Shown here: in pieces, positions 9,438-18,736 of the stretch | Layout: every line of letters begins with the position of its first letter | Numbering within the stretch: position 1 is the stretch's first letter | Source of the DNA: Candidatus Micrarchaeota archaeon | GTDB lineage: Archaea > Micrarchaeota > Micrarchaeia > Anstonellales > Bilamarchaeaceae | DNA: 47,795 nucleotides | Direction: 5' to 3' | Assembly (NCBI GenBank): GCA_018304385.1 | Contig: JAGVWJ010000009.1 | Span: forward strand, 1 to 47,795 | Notes under the pieces: generated by a model | Databases searched by the model: none | What the model saw: the letters and a program-made list of their open reading frames with translations, nothing else | What the model was told of the DNA's origin: nothing | Position numbers and translations under genes: made by a program

Positions 9438-10070
9438 ATGATAAAATACATCTTCTTTGATATAGATAATACACTTTTTCCTACTAGCGAATTTGCACAG
9501 CTCGCTCGCAAAAATGCAATACGCGCAATGATTGAACTTGGCTTGCAGTTTAATGCAGATGAGTTATATACAAAATTGCTAAAAATAATAGAAAGGCTTG
9601 GCTCAAATTCTGATCAGCATTTTAATGAATTACTAAGAGAATTAAAAGTCCAGCGACCAGAAAGATTTATTGCAGCAGCAGTTGCAGCATATCATAATAC
9701 AAAAACAAGCATACTACCTTATCCAGAGGTACCACGCGTGCTTTTGGCATTGCGTGAACATGGATATAAATTATATGTAGCAACCAACGGAAATACAATA
9801 AAACAATGGGATAAGCTGATTCGCCTGGGCATTGCACTTTATTTCGAGGATGTTTTTGTTTCAGAAGAAATAGGAAAAGAAAAAAGCAAAGAATTCTTTG
9901 ATAAAGTTTTATCAAACCTAAAAATAAAGCCAAATGAATGTGTTATGATTGGGGATAAAGAAGATAAGGATATAGTTCCAGCTAAGGCGACGGGCATGCA
10001 TGCAATAAAGCGAGGCAACAATGGAATTAATGATTTTTCGGATCTCTTAGATATACTTAAAAAACTATGA
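9438..10070 (+). CDS. HAD-superfamily subfamily IA hydrolase (archaeal TIGR02253-like)
   Basis: FFDIDNTL motif I, VATNG motif II, K...K motif III, MIGDKEDKDI motif IV. Confidence 0.9.
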   Translation: MIKYIFFDIDNTLFPTSEFAQLARKNAIRAMIELGLQFNADELYTKLLKIIERLGSNSDQHFNELLRELKVQRPERFIAAAVAAYHNTKTSILPYPEVPRVLLALREHGYKLYVATNGNTIKQWDKLIRLGIALYFEDVFVSEEIGKEKSKEFFDKVLSNLKIKPNECVMIGDKEDKDIVPAKATGMHAIKRGNNGINDFSDLLDILKKL

Positions 10071-10092
10071 CAACAAGTAATTATTTGATATT

Positions 10093-10956
10093 ATGCATTC
10101 TCGATTATTATTAGTATTTGGATTTGTATTCTTGCTTTTCGCCTTTGGATGTGGTGGAGGCGGTGGCGGAGCAACAAGTTGCACCACTGACAAGCAATGC
10201 AAATCATGGCAATTTTGTAATATAGATAAAAAAGCATGCCAAACAAAGGTTGGCTTCTGCGATAAAGAAGCAGATTGTAATGACACACTCTTATTATGCA
10301 ATTCTAATAACCATTTGTGTGATTATAAACCAGACAAATGCCGCGTAACAAGCGATTGTGAAAGCTGGCAGATTTGTGGTGGTGTAAATAATACGTGCAT
10401 AGCAGGACAAGGATTTTGCGCAAGTAATGACCAATGCGATCCAAATTTTGAATATTGTAATCCAACAATGCATAAATGCGGACCAAAACCGGGTTTATGT
10501 AATACTAATCTAGATTGCCAAGGATACGAAAGATGCAATATAGATTTAAAGAAATGCGTTCCGCTTGAAGGTAGGTGCAGCGATGATGGCAATTGCGAAA
10601 CATGGCAGATATGTGATGCAAAAACAAACAGATGCAAACCTAAGAAAGATTTCTGCGGAAACGACGGGGATTGCAGTAAATGGCAAAGATGCGATCTAGA
10701 AAACAAACAATGCGTAGCACAACAAGGTTATTGTGATCTTGACAACCAATGCGCCGAATGGGAATACTGCGATGGGAAAGGAAATCATCGCTGCAAAGCA
10801 AGGCGTGGATTCTGTTCAAGCAATACTGATTGTGGAAACTGGGAGATATGTAATGGTGTAACACATACATGCAAGGCAAAGGTAGGATCTTGTTCTAGTG
10901 ATCGTGATTGCGTAAGCGGGGAAGTTTGTGATGAGGCAACACACAAGTGCAAGTAG
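10093..10956 (+). CDS. Cys-rich repeat lipoprotein (10 x ~26 aa repeats, 4 Cys each)
   Basis: Signal peptide ending in lipobox FAFG|C, Gly6 linker, then ten repeats of the type C-x5-C-x5/6-C-x6/7-C-x4-G, often with W/Y before the third Cys. Confidence 0.85.
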   Translation: MHSRLLLVFGFVFLLFAFGCGGGGGGATSCTTDKQCKSWQFCNIDKKACQTKVGFCDKEADCNDTLLLCNSNNHLCDYKPDKCRVTSDCESWQICGGVNNTCIAGQGFCASNDQCDPNFEYCNPTMHKCGPKPGLCNTNLDCQGYERCNIDLKKCVPLEGRCSDDGNCETWQICDAKTNRCKPKKDFCGNDGDCSKWQRCDLENKQCVAQQGYCDLDNQCAEWEYCDGKGNHRCKARRGFCSSNTDCGNWEICNGVTHTCKAKVGSCSSDRDCVSGEVCDEATHKCK

Positions 10957-11545
10957 AAGCAATGGACAATCAGAGATTAACCATGAGCTAGAGAGAAGAA
11001 GACGAATTTTTTCTGAGAAACCACCAAGAATAGATACAATGGGTGGATGCTATATGCCTATACCACACGCGATACTAGATAAAATATTAGATTTATTAGT
11101 AGTACAATTTGGAAACCGAGGTGTGTTTGTTGATGCTGGTTCTGGAGATGGACGCGTTATTGCAGCAGCATTTTCTCATGGATTCAGAAGATGTGTAGGT
11201 ATAGAGCTTGATACAAAAGTATTTGAAATGGGCAGAAGAAGATTGCTTCAATTTTTTGATGGTCGCATACCTTCTGGAATAAGAATGGTACGTGATGATT
11301 TTACACATGCTGAAAGTTATGGCCTAGATATTAGGGATATAAATTTAATTTATCATTTTATAAATCGTAGGCCTTTAGCAGAGTTAGTTAGGCTAATGGA
11401 AAGCGATGATTTTCGAAGCGCAAAACTTGTATTGGTAGATTTTAGCGGGCAAGAGCAATTCGACGGATTCGAGGCTGTTTTTAGGGCGATTATAGACGAT
11501 GGCGGCAGACCCCATTATGCAACTGTCTATCAGAGAATGGGATGA
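10931..11545 (+). CDS. Class I SAM-dependent methyltransferase (DOT1-like fold); start uncertain (10931 or 11039)
   Basis: VFVDAGSGDGRV motif I, CVGIELD motif II, MVRDDF motif III. Confidence 0.75.
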   Translation: MRQHTSASRSNGQSEINHELERRRRIFSEKPPRIDTMGGCYMPIPHAILDKILDLLVVQFGNRGVFVDAGSGDGRVIAAAFSHGFRRCVGIELDTKVFEMGRRRLLQFFDGRIPSGIRMVRDDFTHAESYGLDIRDINLIYHFINRRPLAELVRLMESDDFRSAKLVLVDFSGQEQFDGFEAVFRAIIDDGGRPHYATVYQRMG

Positions 11546-11547
11546 TA

Positions 11548-12381
11548 ATGCTTGTTCGTTTTGGTCCTGCTGGAATACCTATGCAATGTAAAGGCACTAG
11601 CACGCTTGATGGCGTGCAATGCTGCGCAGAACTCGGCCTAAAAGCAATGGAGATGTCATTTGTACGCGGTGTACGCATGCGCGATGAAATGGCTGCAGAA
11701 ATAAAAAAAACTGCAACTAAACTGGATATCTCACTTAGCTCGCACGCGCCTTATTTTATAAATCTCTGCTCTAGCGAAGAAAAAACAGTAAAGAATTCAT
11801 TAAGGCATATATACGAGGCTAGCCGTGCAACATTTTTAGCTGGTGGAAGTATAACTGCGATTCATCCTGGATTTTACCAAGGTAAAAGCAAAGAGGATGC
11901 ATATAACCTTGCAAAAAAAAGATTTCAAGAAGTTGCACAGCAGCTAAGGCAAGAAAAAATAAAATGTTACCTGGGTGCTGAAAACGTAGGGAAAAAATCC
12001 CAATTCGGAGGCTTTGAAGAGATATTAAAATTAGCTAATGAAATAGATATGATAAAACCAGTAATAGATTGCTCGCACCTTGTTGCACGCGGAGATTTTC
12101 CATTAAAGAACGAAAATGATTATCGAAAACTATTTGCAATTTTGGAAAAAGAATTAGGTGATTATGTTAGGCATTTTCATTTCCAGTTTCAAGAGGTTGA
12201 GTATAGTGAAAAGGGCGAGCGCAACCATGTTGCTTTGGGAACAAATAATGATCCGCCTTATAAACCATTAATGAAGGTTATTGCAGAGAATTCATATGCT
12301 GGAACAATAATTAGTGAAAGCCCGTGGCCAGATGTGGATGCAAAAATAATGCAAGAAGAATATAATAAATTTAACTCATAA
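11548..12381 (+). CDS. nfo: Archaeal-type endonuclease IV / AP endonuclease family 2 TIM barrel
   Basis: RFGPAG N-terminus, SSHAPYFINL, IHPGFY, AENVGKKSQFG, VIDCSHL, ERNH, IISESP. Confidence 0.85.
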   Translation: MLVRFGPAGIPMQCKGTSTLDGVQCCAELGLKAMEMSFVRGVRMRDEMAAEIKKTATKLDISLSSHAPYFINLCSSEEKTVKNSLRHIYEASRATFLAGGSITAIHPGFYQGKSKEDAYNLAKKRFQEVAQQLRQEKIKCYLGAENVGKKSQFGGFEEILKLANEIDMIKPVIDCSHLVARGDFPLKNENDYRKLFAILEKELGDYVRHFHFQFQEVEYSEKGERNHVALGTNNDPPYKPLMKVIAENSYAGTIISESPWPDVDAKIMQEEYNKFNS

Positions 12382-12407
12382 CCCAAAACTCAGAACTCAA
12401 AACAGTG
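12373..12407 (+). repeat. Heptamer mini-array (AACTCAN-like x5)
   Basis: aactcat aacccaa aactcag aactcaa aacagtg at the nfo / next-gene junction. Confidence 0.7.
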
Positions 12408-12413
12408 AATACT

Positions 12414-13307
12414 ATGCTAATTGAATATTTAGAACAATCTGCTGCAGACTTACGTGCACTAGAGCAGAGGCTACTAGGCATGGCTAATCAGTATAGAATG
12501 TTTATGGACCGAGATATAAGAGAGCAAATGGAAGAATTAAAAAAAGAGATTAGAAAAAATCAGGCTAAGATTCTTAGCAAGGTATATGCTCACATGCAAG
12601 AATTTGTTTTACTGAAAAGGCATTTCCCAGGCTTTTTCCAGGTTTTAAAAGAAGATCAATATCTATCAAGAGTAATTAACAGAATAGAATGGCTCTTTGA
12701 ATTTAAAAAATTGGATGCTGCAACCTGTCAGGTTGAATTATTAAAAATAAAAGAACAGCGAAAGCAATTGAGAGAAGCAAAGGAGTTTTTGAAAAAATGG
12801 GTAGGAAAAGTAGATAAAAAATCAATGGAAGCAACATGGCCTATTTTAAAGGACCAAATAGCCGATAAGATGGATAGGGATGAGGTTCGAGGAATAATAA
12901 AAAATAAGAATAAGGAATTAAGAAGAAAAGGATGGTTGTTGATTATTAATGAACCTTTTATAATAAGTGTTTTGAACAGATTATTTGAAAAACTAAAAAA
13001 AATCAGAGAGCAAGAGGCAGAAATTAAACTAGAAATAGAACGATTAAAAGGAAAAAATATATATGCAAGAAGCGATGCAGAGAAAAAACTAAAGTTAGTG
13101 ACAAAAGAAAGAAAAAAGATGGAAAGAAAATGCGAGCATGTATTACTTGCTAATTATGAATATTTGTTAAAGATAAAAAAGCAAAGGCCAACGTGGCGCG
13201 ATAAAACTGCAAATATGTTCATGCAAAACCTGATAGAAAAAATTAACATAAATCCAATTAATGAGAAATTATGGATTGAGGAACTGAATAAGAAATTGAA
13301 TAGCTAA
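12414..13307 (+). CDS. Lys/Glu-rich coiled-coil hypothetical protein
   Basis: 300 aa ORF (track start GTG 12405), helical charged composition, no recognised motif. Confidence 0.7.
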   Translation: MLIEYLEQSAADLRALEQRLLGMANQYRMFMDRDIREQMEELKKEIRKNQAKILSKVYAHMQEFVLLKRHFPGFFQVLKEDQYLSRVINRIEWLFEFKKLDAATCQVELLKIKEQRKQLREAKEFLKKWVGKVDKKSMEATWPILKDQIADKMDRDEVRGIIKNKNKELRRKGWLLIINEPFIISVLNRLFEKLKKIREQEAEIKLEIERLKGKNIYARSDAEKKLKLVTKERKKMERKCEHVLLANYEYLLKIKKQRPTWRDKTANMFMQNLIEKININPINEKLWIEELNKKLNS

Positions 13308-13819
13308 GTAGGAATACTATCTATCTTGCTTTCCAATGCTTTCTTTATCTTGCTGTTCAATAATTTTTCTTCCTTAAAGAATATTGAATAGAAATTTTTT
13401 ATTAGTTGTTTTGCCTTCTTTTTATCTAAAAAATAAGCTCTCTGTAGGTATTCTTTTCCCAATGGATTATTAAGAAACATATAACAGATTGCAATATAGA
13501 AAAATGTGCTTACATCCTTTTTATCAAGCTCTGCTGCTTTTTCTAGCTGTTCGACAGCCTGTTCGAAATCGTACATTTCCATGTGCGCCATACCTTTTAT
13601 CTTATAATATGCTGGCTTTTGGCTTATCCATAACGCATGCTCAAAGTATTCGTGTGCTGTGTCGTAATTTTTTAGTTTTAAAGAAACGAGCCCGCGCAGA
13701 TACCATAACTCATCATTGTTTTTATTCTTGCCAATAAGCGTGTTAAGAGCTGTGGCTGCCTCTTTGAACTGCTCTGCGTTTAATAGGCTCTTTGCCTGTT
13801 CCAAAGTATATTCTGCCAT
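13304..13819 (-). CDS. Tetratricopeptide repeat protein
   Basis: Canonical TPR units (WYLRGLVSLKLKNYDTAHEYFEHAL; YKIKGMAHMEMYDFEQAVEQLEKAAELD). Confidence 0.85.
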   Translation of the reverse strand: MAEYTLEQAKSLLNAEQFKEAATALNTLIGKNKNNDELWYLRGLVSLKLKNYDTAHEYFEHALWISQKPAYYKIKGMAHMEMYDFEQAVEQLEKAAELDKKDVSTFFYIAICYMFLNNPLGKEYLQRAYFLDKKKAKQLIKNFYSIFFKEEKLLNSKIKKALESKIDSIPT

Positions 13820-13916
13820 AAAAAATATTTAGTCTAGAAGCGTTTTTAAATTAGCACAACGCTTATAAACTCTACTATATAAAATAAATTTGCCAAAAAT
13901 GTATATAAGTGGGATT

Positions 13917-14270
13917 ATGTTTGTTTATCAACTTGCGTTTAAACCAAAGGAAGAAGAAAGAAAAGCAGCATTTGTACCGTCTCTTGTTTTAGGCCCTGTG
14001 GAAAATAATTTCTTTGCTAATCTTAGAACAAATTTATTTAATTGTAATTCTGAAGGATGTTTTGTTGGGCCAATGGGTACAGCGAAAGGCGGGCTTCAAC
14101 TTAGAATAACAGAGAATGTCCAGATTGCTCTTGGAAGATTCAATACAGAAACTGGTACTGCTTATGGAGCTGGTGTTAGATTTGATGAACGTGCAATGGA
14201 TAGACTCGCTGGCGCTTTTTCTGATTTATTCAAAGACCTCGCACCAAAACCAAAGCAAAAAGAGATTTGA
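13917..14270 (+). CDS. Small hypothetical protein rich in predicted beta-hairpins
   Basis: Likely start ATG 13917 (track TTG 13890). GGLQLRITENVQIALGRF and TAYGAGVRFD segments. Confidence 0.6.
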   Translation: MFVYQLAFKPKEEERKAAFVPSLVLGPVENNFFANLRTNLFNCNSEGCFVGPMGTAKGGLQLRITENVQIALGRFNTETGTAYGAGVRFDERAMDRLAGAFSDLFKDLAPKPKQKEI

Positions 14271-15224
14271 TCACTCGAATTCTATAGTTCCTGGCGGCTT
14301 ATTTGTTATATCATAAACCACACGACCAACCTCTCTTATCTCATTTGTAATCCTAGTTGATATTTTCTGCAAAACCTTCCAGTCAATTTGCGAGAAATTA
14401 GCAGTCATGCCATCTAAGCTGCGCACTGCGCGAATTACAACTATGTATTGGTAAGCGCGTTCATCGCCGCGCACGCCAACTGCTTTTGTAGGTAGCAATG
14501 CAGCGAAGTATTGCCACGGAAGCTCGATTTCATTACGCTTAGCTGCGCTTTCAATCTCTTCTTCAGCAATTTCACCAGCATCTTGTAAAATTTTTATCTT
14601 TTCTTCTGTAATCTCACCGACAATGCGCACTGCTAATGCTGGGCCAGGAAATGGCTGGCGTGAATATATATAATCAGGCAAACCAAGTTTTTTTGCAACC
14701 TCGCGCACCTCATGCTTATAAATCTCGCGCAAAGGCTCGCAAAGCTTTAGATGCATTTTCTCAGGTAGGCCACCAACATTATGATGGCTTTTTATTTTAT
14801 CGCGCGTACCGCCACCGCTTTCTATCCAGTCTGGTGCAATTGTTCCTTGAATTAGATACGCTACATTATCTTTTTTCGCCTCTTCTTCAAAAATACGTAT
14901 AAACAGTTCGCCAATTATTTTTCTCTTTTGCTCTGGGTCAGTTACATTACGTAGCGATGTGAGAAATTTTTTCCCTGCATCTATTACTTTTAGATTAATG
15001 TCTACTTTTTTAGCTGCCTCACATACCTTTGCGCGCTCACCTTTCCGCATTAAGCCAGTATCAACAAAAATAGCAAATAAATTAGGAGTTGCATGCGCAG
15101 CCAGCGCTGCAGCAGTAAAACTATCAACTCCACCTGATAGCGCAATTATTGCTTTTTCCTTGCCAACTGTATCTTTTATGTATCGCTTTGCTTCTTCAAT
15201 AAATTTTTCAGCATTAAATGACAA
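14271..15224 (-). CDS. guaAB: GMP synthase (glutamine-hydrolysing) subunit B, ATP pyrophosphatase
   Basis: SGGVDS PP-loop, IQGTIAPDWIES, IKSHHNVGGLP, PFPGPALAVRI, YDITNKPPGTIEFE; TTG start with GGTGA SD. Confidence 0.97.
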   Translation of the reverse strand: MSFNAEKFIEEAKRYIKDTVGKEKAIIALSGGVDSFTAAALAAHATPNLFAIFVDTGLMRKGERAKVCEAAKKVDINLKVIDAGKKFLTSLRNVTDPEQKRKIIGELFIRIFEEEAKKDNVAYLIQGTIAPDWIESGGGTRDKIKSHHNVGGLPEKMHLKLCEPLREIYKHEVREVAKKLGLPDYIYSRQPFPGPALAVRIVGEITEEKIKILQDAGEIAEEEIESAAKRNEIELPWQYFAALLPTKAVGVRGDERAYQYIVVIRAVRSLDGMTANFSQIDWKVLQKISTRITNEIREVGRVVYDITNKPPGTIEFE

Positions 15225-15285
15225 GAACTCACCTTTATATGCTTTCTTATTCTATATTTTTCATAAGTAAATAAAAGGTTATCAC

Positions 15286-15945
15286 ATGTCATTCTTAAAT
15301 AAAATATCTCCTTATATAGATATACTGAATCCTAAGAAATCTAAGGAATTTATTAATAAAAGTAGGGACACTCATGGTTTAAAGCCATCTCTTTACAATG
15401 TGGCCATTGCAACAATGGTAACAATGATAATATCTATTATACAGAATACCGCGCTGCAAAATTATATCCAAACAACCCTGCTCGCTGACCCAACACAGGC
15501 TGAAGCTGCATCACAGCTTTTGATTATATTAGAAAGAACACTATCAATCCCATTTATTATATTAAATTTTTTTATTGGGATAGCATTTTTTTACTTAGTG
15601 GCGTATTCTTTTTATTTTCTAGTTAAAATGCTTGGCGGGAAGGTCAGCTTTAATAGTCATGCATATGTTCTTTCCGTATTATATTCATCATTTATTCTTG
15701 CTTCAATGTTATTATACACCATTATTTTCATTTTTTACAGATCCACACAACCAGACTTTTTTATTGGTATCCTGGCACTTATAATTTTGAGTCTTACCCT
15801 ATACGCTATTTATAATGTAATGAGGGTTTTGCATGGTCTTTCAAGATGGACTGCAATAATTGGTTTACTTTGTTTTATTGCTATATTCTATATACTTGTA
15901 ACCGCACTTGAAAGGGCACTTATAAAACTAACTTTAGGAATTTGA
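15286..15945 (+). CDS. YIP1-family membrane protein
   Basis: Five hydrophobic helices, LGGKVSF motif after TM2, LHGLSRWTAI before the last helix. Confidence 0.65.
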   Translation: MSFLNKISPYIDILNPKKSKEFINKSRDTHGLKPSLYNVAIATMVTMIISIIQNTALQNYIQTTLLADPTQAEAASQLLIILERTLSIPFIILNFFIGIAFFYLVAYSFYFLVKMLGGKVSFNSHAYVLSVLYSSFILASMLLYTIIFIFYRSTQPDFFIGILALIILSLTLYAIYNVMRVLHGLSRWTAIIGLLCFIAIFYILVTALERALIKLTLGI

Positions 15946-16083
15946 ATGATTGTTGCTAAATTTTACGAAGAGCAGGTTCTTGAACCAGAACTTAAACCTG
16001 AATACGAAAGAAAAATAGATAAAATAATGAAAAAAGGAAAATTCATTAAAGTTGATAATTTTGCCAAGAAATACATGGAATGA
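15946..16083 (+). pseudogene. 45 aa DUF2683-like antitoxin fragment (N-terminal DNA-binding part absent)
   Basis: Not in track. MIVAKFYEEQVLEPELKPEYERKIDKIMKKGKFIKVDNFAKKYME resembles the C-terminal half of archaeal DUF2683 proteins (YEeeiLEPELrPE motif). Confidence 0.55.
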
Positions 16084-16101
16084 TTAAAATTCGTGATAGT
16101 G

Positions 16102-17343
16102 ATGCAAATTGTTGCTGATTTTCACTTGCACAGCAAGTATGCACGCGCAACTAGCCCGCAGTGCGAACCAGATGGATTAGCAGAAGGTGCGAAGATTAAA
16201 GGCATTAATGTAATGGCTACTGGGGATTTTACACATCCTACTTATTTTCAAGAACTTAAGCAAAAGCTAACTGAAGAGAAAGGCGGGCTATTTCCTTATA
16301 AAGGAATTGATTTTATTTTATCGGTTGAAATTTCATTGATCTACTCTGGAAAGAAACATGCGAATAAAATGCATCATATTGTTCTAGCACCTAATTTTGC
16401 AGTTGCAGAACAGATAAATGATGTGCTTGGCAAACGAGGTAATCTAAAATCTGATGGCAGACCGATACTCGGGATAAAATCACCTGAATTTGCTGAAATG
16501 CTTTTTGAAATTTCTAAAGAGATTGTAATAATACCTGCACACGCTTGGACTCCGTTCTTTGGGGTTTTTGGTTCGCAGTCTGGCGTAGATAGTGTTGAAG
16601 AAGCATTTGAAGATCAGGCAAAAAATATTTTTGCATTGGAAACTGGATTAAGTAGCGACCCGGCCCTCAATTGGATGCTTTCGAAATTAGACAAATATAC
16701 ATTAGTTTCAAATAGCGATGCGCACAGCTTGGACAAACTAGGCAGAGAAGCGAATGTATTTGATTTGGAAGAATTAAGTTATAAGTCACTAATGAACGCA
16801 ATAAAAACACGTAAAGGATTTGTAAAAACATATGAGTTTTATCCAGAAGAAGGGAAATACCATTATGATGGTCATCGTAATTGCAAGGTGCTTTTGGCAC
16901 CAAGTGAAACAAAAAAATATAGTAATCTTTGTCCAAGCTGCAAAAGAAAATTAACTGTTGGCGTGCTTAATCGTATTTATGAATTAGCTGATCGTAAATA
17001 TGGCTTTAAACCTGAAAATACAGTGCCATTCCAGCATATTGTTCCGCTTAAAACAGTTATATCAAAGGTAATAAAAAGACCGGAAACCTCGCGTTTGGTA
17101 TTTGACCAGTATAATAAGCTGATTCAGTATTTTGGCAATGAATTTGCTGTTTACGAAGCTAGCGAAGAGCAGTTACGTTTAGCGACAAGCAAGGAAATTG
17201 CTGATGCACTGATAAGGGTAAACAAAGGCGAAGTTAGCTGGCGACCTGGTTATGATGGTGTTTTTGGCGATTTAATATTGGCTGAGGACAGGAAGGAAAA
17301 AATTGCAAAGGATAGGAAACAAAGGAGATTGGATGAATTTTGA
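16102..17343 (+). CDS. Endonuclease Q / TIGR00375-family PHP-domain nuclease with Zn finger
   Basis: ADFHLHSKY, PAHAWTP, ETGLSSDP, SNSDAHS, GKYHYDGHRNC, CPSC, PGYDGVFG. Confidence 0.9.
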   Translation: MQIVADFHLHSKYARATSPQCEPDGLAEGAKIKGINVMATGDFTHPTYFQELKQKLTEEKGGLFPYKGIDFILSVEISLIYSGKKHANKMHHIVLAPNFAVAEQINDVLGKRGNLKSDGRPILGIKSPEFAEMLFEISKEIVIIPAHAWTPFFGVFGSQSGVDSVEEAFEDQAKNIFALETGLSSDPALNWMLSKLDKYTLVSNSDAHSLDKLGREANVFDLEELSYKSLMNAIKTRKGFVKTYEFYPEEGKYHYDGHRNCKVLLAPSETKKYSNLCPSCKRKLTVGVLNRIYELADRKYGFKPENTVPFQHIVPLKTVISKVIKRPETSRLVFDQYNKLIQYFGNEFAVYEASEEQLRLATSKEIADALIRVNKGEVSWRPGYDGVFGDLILAEDRKEKIAKDRKQRRLDEF

Positions 17344-17391
17344 TTAACGTAAACAACAGGTTTATAAATATTTCCCATTATATGAAATTAG

Positions 17392-18696
17392 GTGTTTCAC
17401 AAAATGGACTTTATGAAAGAAGTAATTACACAAAATCCACACTGGCAAACTGGTGTTATTGATTTTCCAAGAGTTGATAATAAACTTATTACAAGAGAGA
17501 TTTTCTCTAACTTAGAATCATCTATAAAAAGAAAATTTATAATTATACTCAGGGGGTTACGCAGGACCGGAAAATCAGTTATGGCAAGGCAGTTGCTTCA
17601 GAACCTATTGAAAAAAGGCATGAAACCAACGGAAATAGGCTGGTTTGAGTTCGATAGAAGTATGAACGCCAGACCAGAAGATTTGGATTCGTTAATTAGT
17701 TTCTTTAAAAATCGAAATGTAAAACTAATTGTATTTGATGAGATTGCATTCGTAAGTGGCTGGCAAGATGTTATAAAAAAGCACTATGACCTAACTGACA
17801 TAAAGTTTGTTGTTACTGGAAGTTCAGCACTAGAATTTGATAAACGCTCCTCTGAAAGTCTAGTAGGTAGATACAAATTAATTAAGGTAAACCCATTTTC
17901 TTTTTTAGAGTATCTACTTTTAAAAGACTGTAAAATACCTAGAACGGAACTAGAGTTTGCAACATTGGATCAAGAACTGATAATGAATTGTGATGAATAT
18001 ATTAGGTATGGTGGTTTGCCAGAGACTATTTTATTGAATCAAAAAGAAAAAAACGATTATATAAGGCAATCTGTGCTAGACCCAATATTTTTTAAGGATA
18101 TGCCAGTAGTTTTTCCATCTGCAAATCCAGATCTTTTATCTAAAATTTTAGAACTTTCAACAGGCACAGTTGGTTCACCATTTCAATTCCAAACTATAGC
18201 CCAAGTAATAGGGTGCAGTCATCCTACTATCTCTCACCATATTGAGGCCTTAACCAGAGCTATGCTAATAAATGTGCTATTCAATTATACCAGTTCAACT
18301 ATAAAACAAAAGAGAACTGCTAAAAAAGTGGTTATAAGTGATAACGGTCTTTTATCAATTTTAAATCCTTCAGTTTCGATAGGTGCTCTTGCTGAGAACG
18401 CAGTTGCTATTAATACTAACACCGGTAATTTTTGGAGGGATAGTGAAGGTAGAGAAGTAGATTTTATAATTCCTGAGAAAAAACTTGCCATAGAGGTTAA
18501 ATACCAAGAACACATAACAACATCAGATGAAAAGAACTTGCGATACTTTTTAGAAAAAAACAGAAAATGGCAAGGAATTTTAATAACCAAAAAAGAAGAA
18601 TCTAAAGGAGACATAAAACATATTCCACTATGGAAGTGGTTATTAAATAGTTCAGCACTACCGACTGAGCATAAAACGAAGTATTATAAACCTTAA
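17392..18696 (+). CDS. AAA+ ATPase, COG1373 type (AAA_14 + DUF4143)
   Basis: GLRRTGKS Walker A, FDEI Walker B, TGSS, YGGLPE, C-terminal FWRDSEGREVDFII...IEVKY. Confidence 0.9.
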   Translation: MFHKMDFMKEVITQNPHWQTGVIDFPRVDNKLITREIFSNLESSIKRKFIIILRGLRRTGKSVMARQLLQNLLKKGMKPTEIGWFEFDRSMNARPEDLDSLISFFKNRNVKLIVFDEIAFVSGWQDVIKKHYDLTDIKFVVTGSSALEFDKRSSESLVGRYKLIKVNPFSFLEYLLLKDCKIPRTELEFATLDQELIMNCDEYIRYGGLPETILLNQKEKNDYIRQSVLDPIFFKDMPVVFPSANPDLLSKILELSTGTVGSPFQFQTIAQVIGCSHPTISHHIEALTRAMLINVLFNYTSSTIKQKRTAKKVVISDNGLLSILNPSVSIGALAENAVAINTNTGNFWRDSEGREVDFIIPEKKLAIEVKYQEHITTSDEKNLRYFLEKNRKWQGILITKKEESKGDIKHIPLWKWLLNSSALPTEHKTKYYKP

Positions 18697-18736
18697 AAGT
18701 ACAATATTATATATTGTGTTTTAATATGGTGTAAAT

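Noticed and set aside
10957-10991. Out-of-frame ATG at 10962 suggesting a second frameshift before the methyltransferase
   Set aside because: In-frame ATGs at 10931 and 11039 explain the gene without recoding; would matter only if reads show a missing G.
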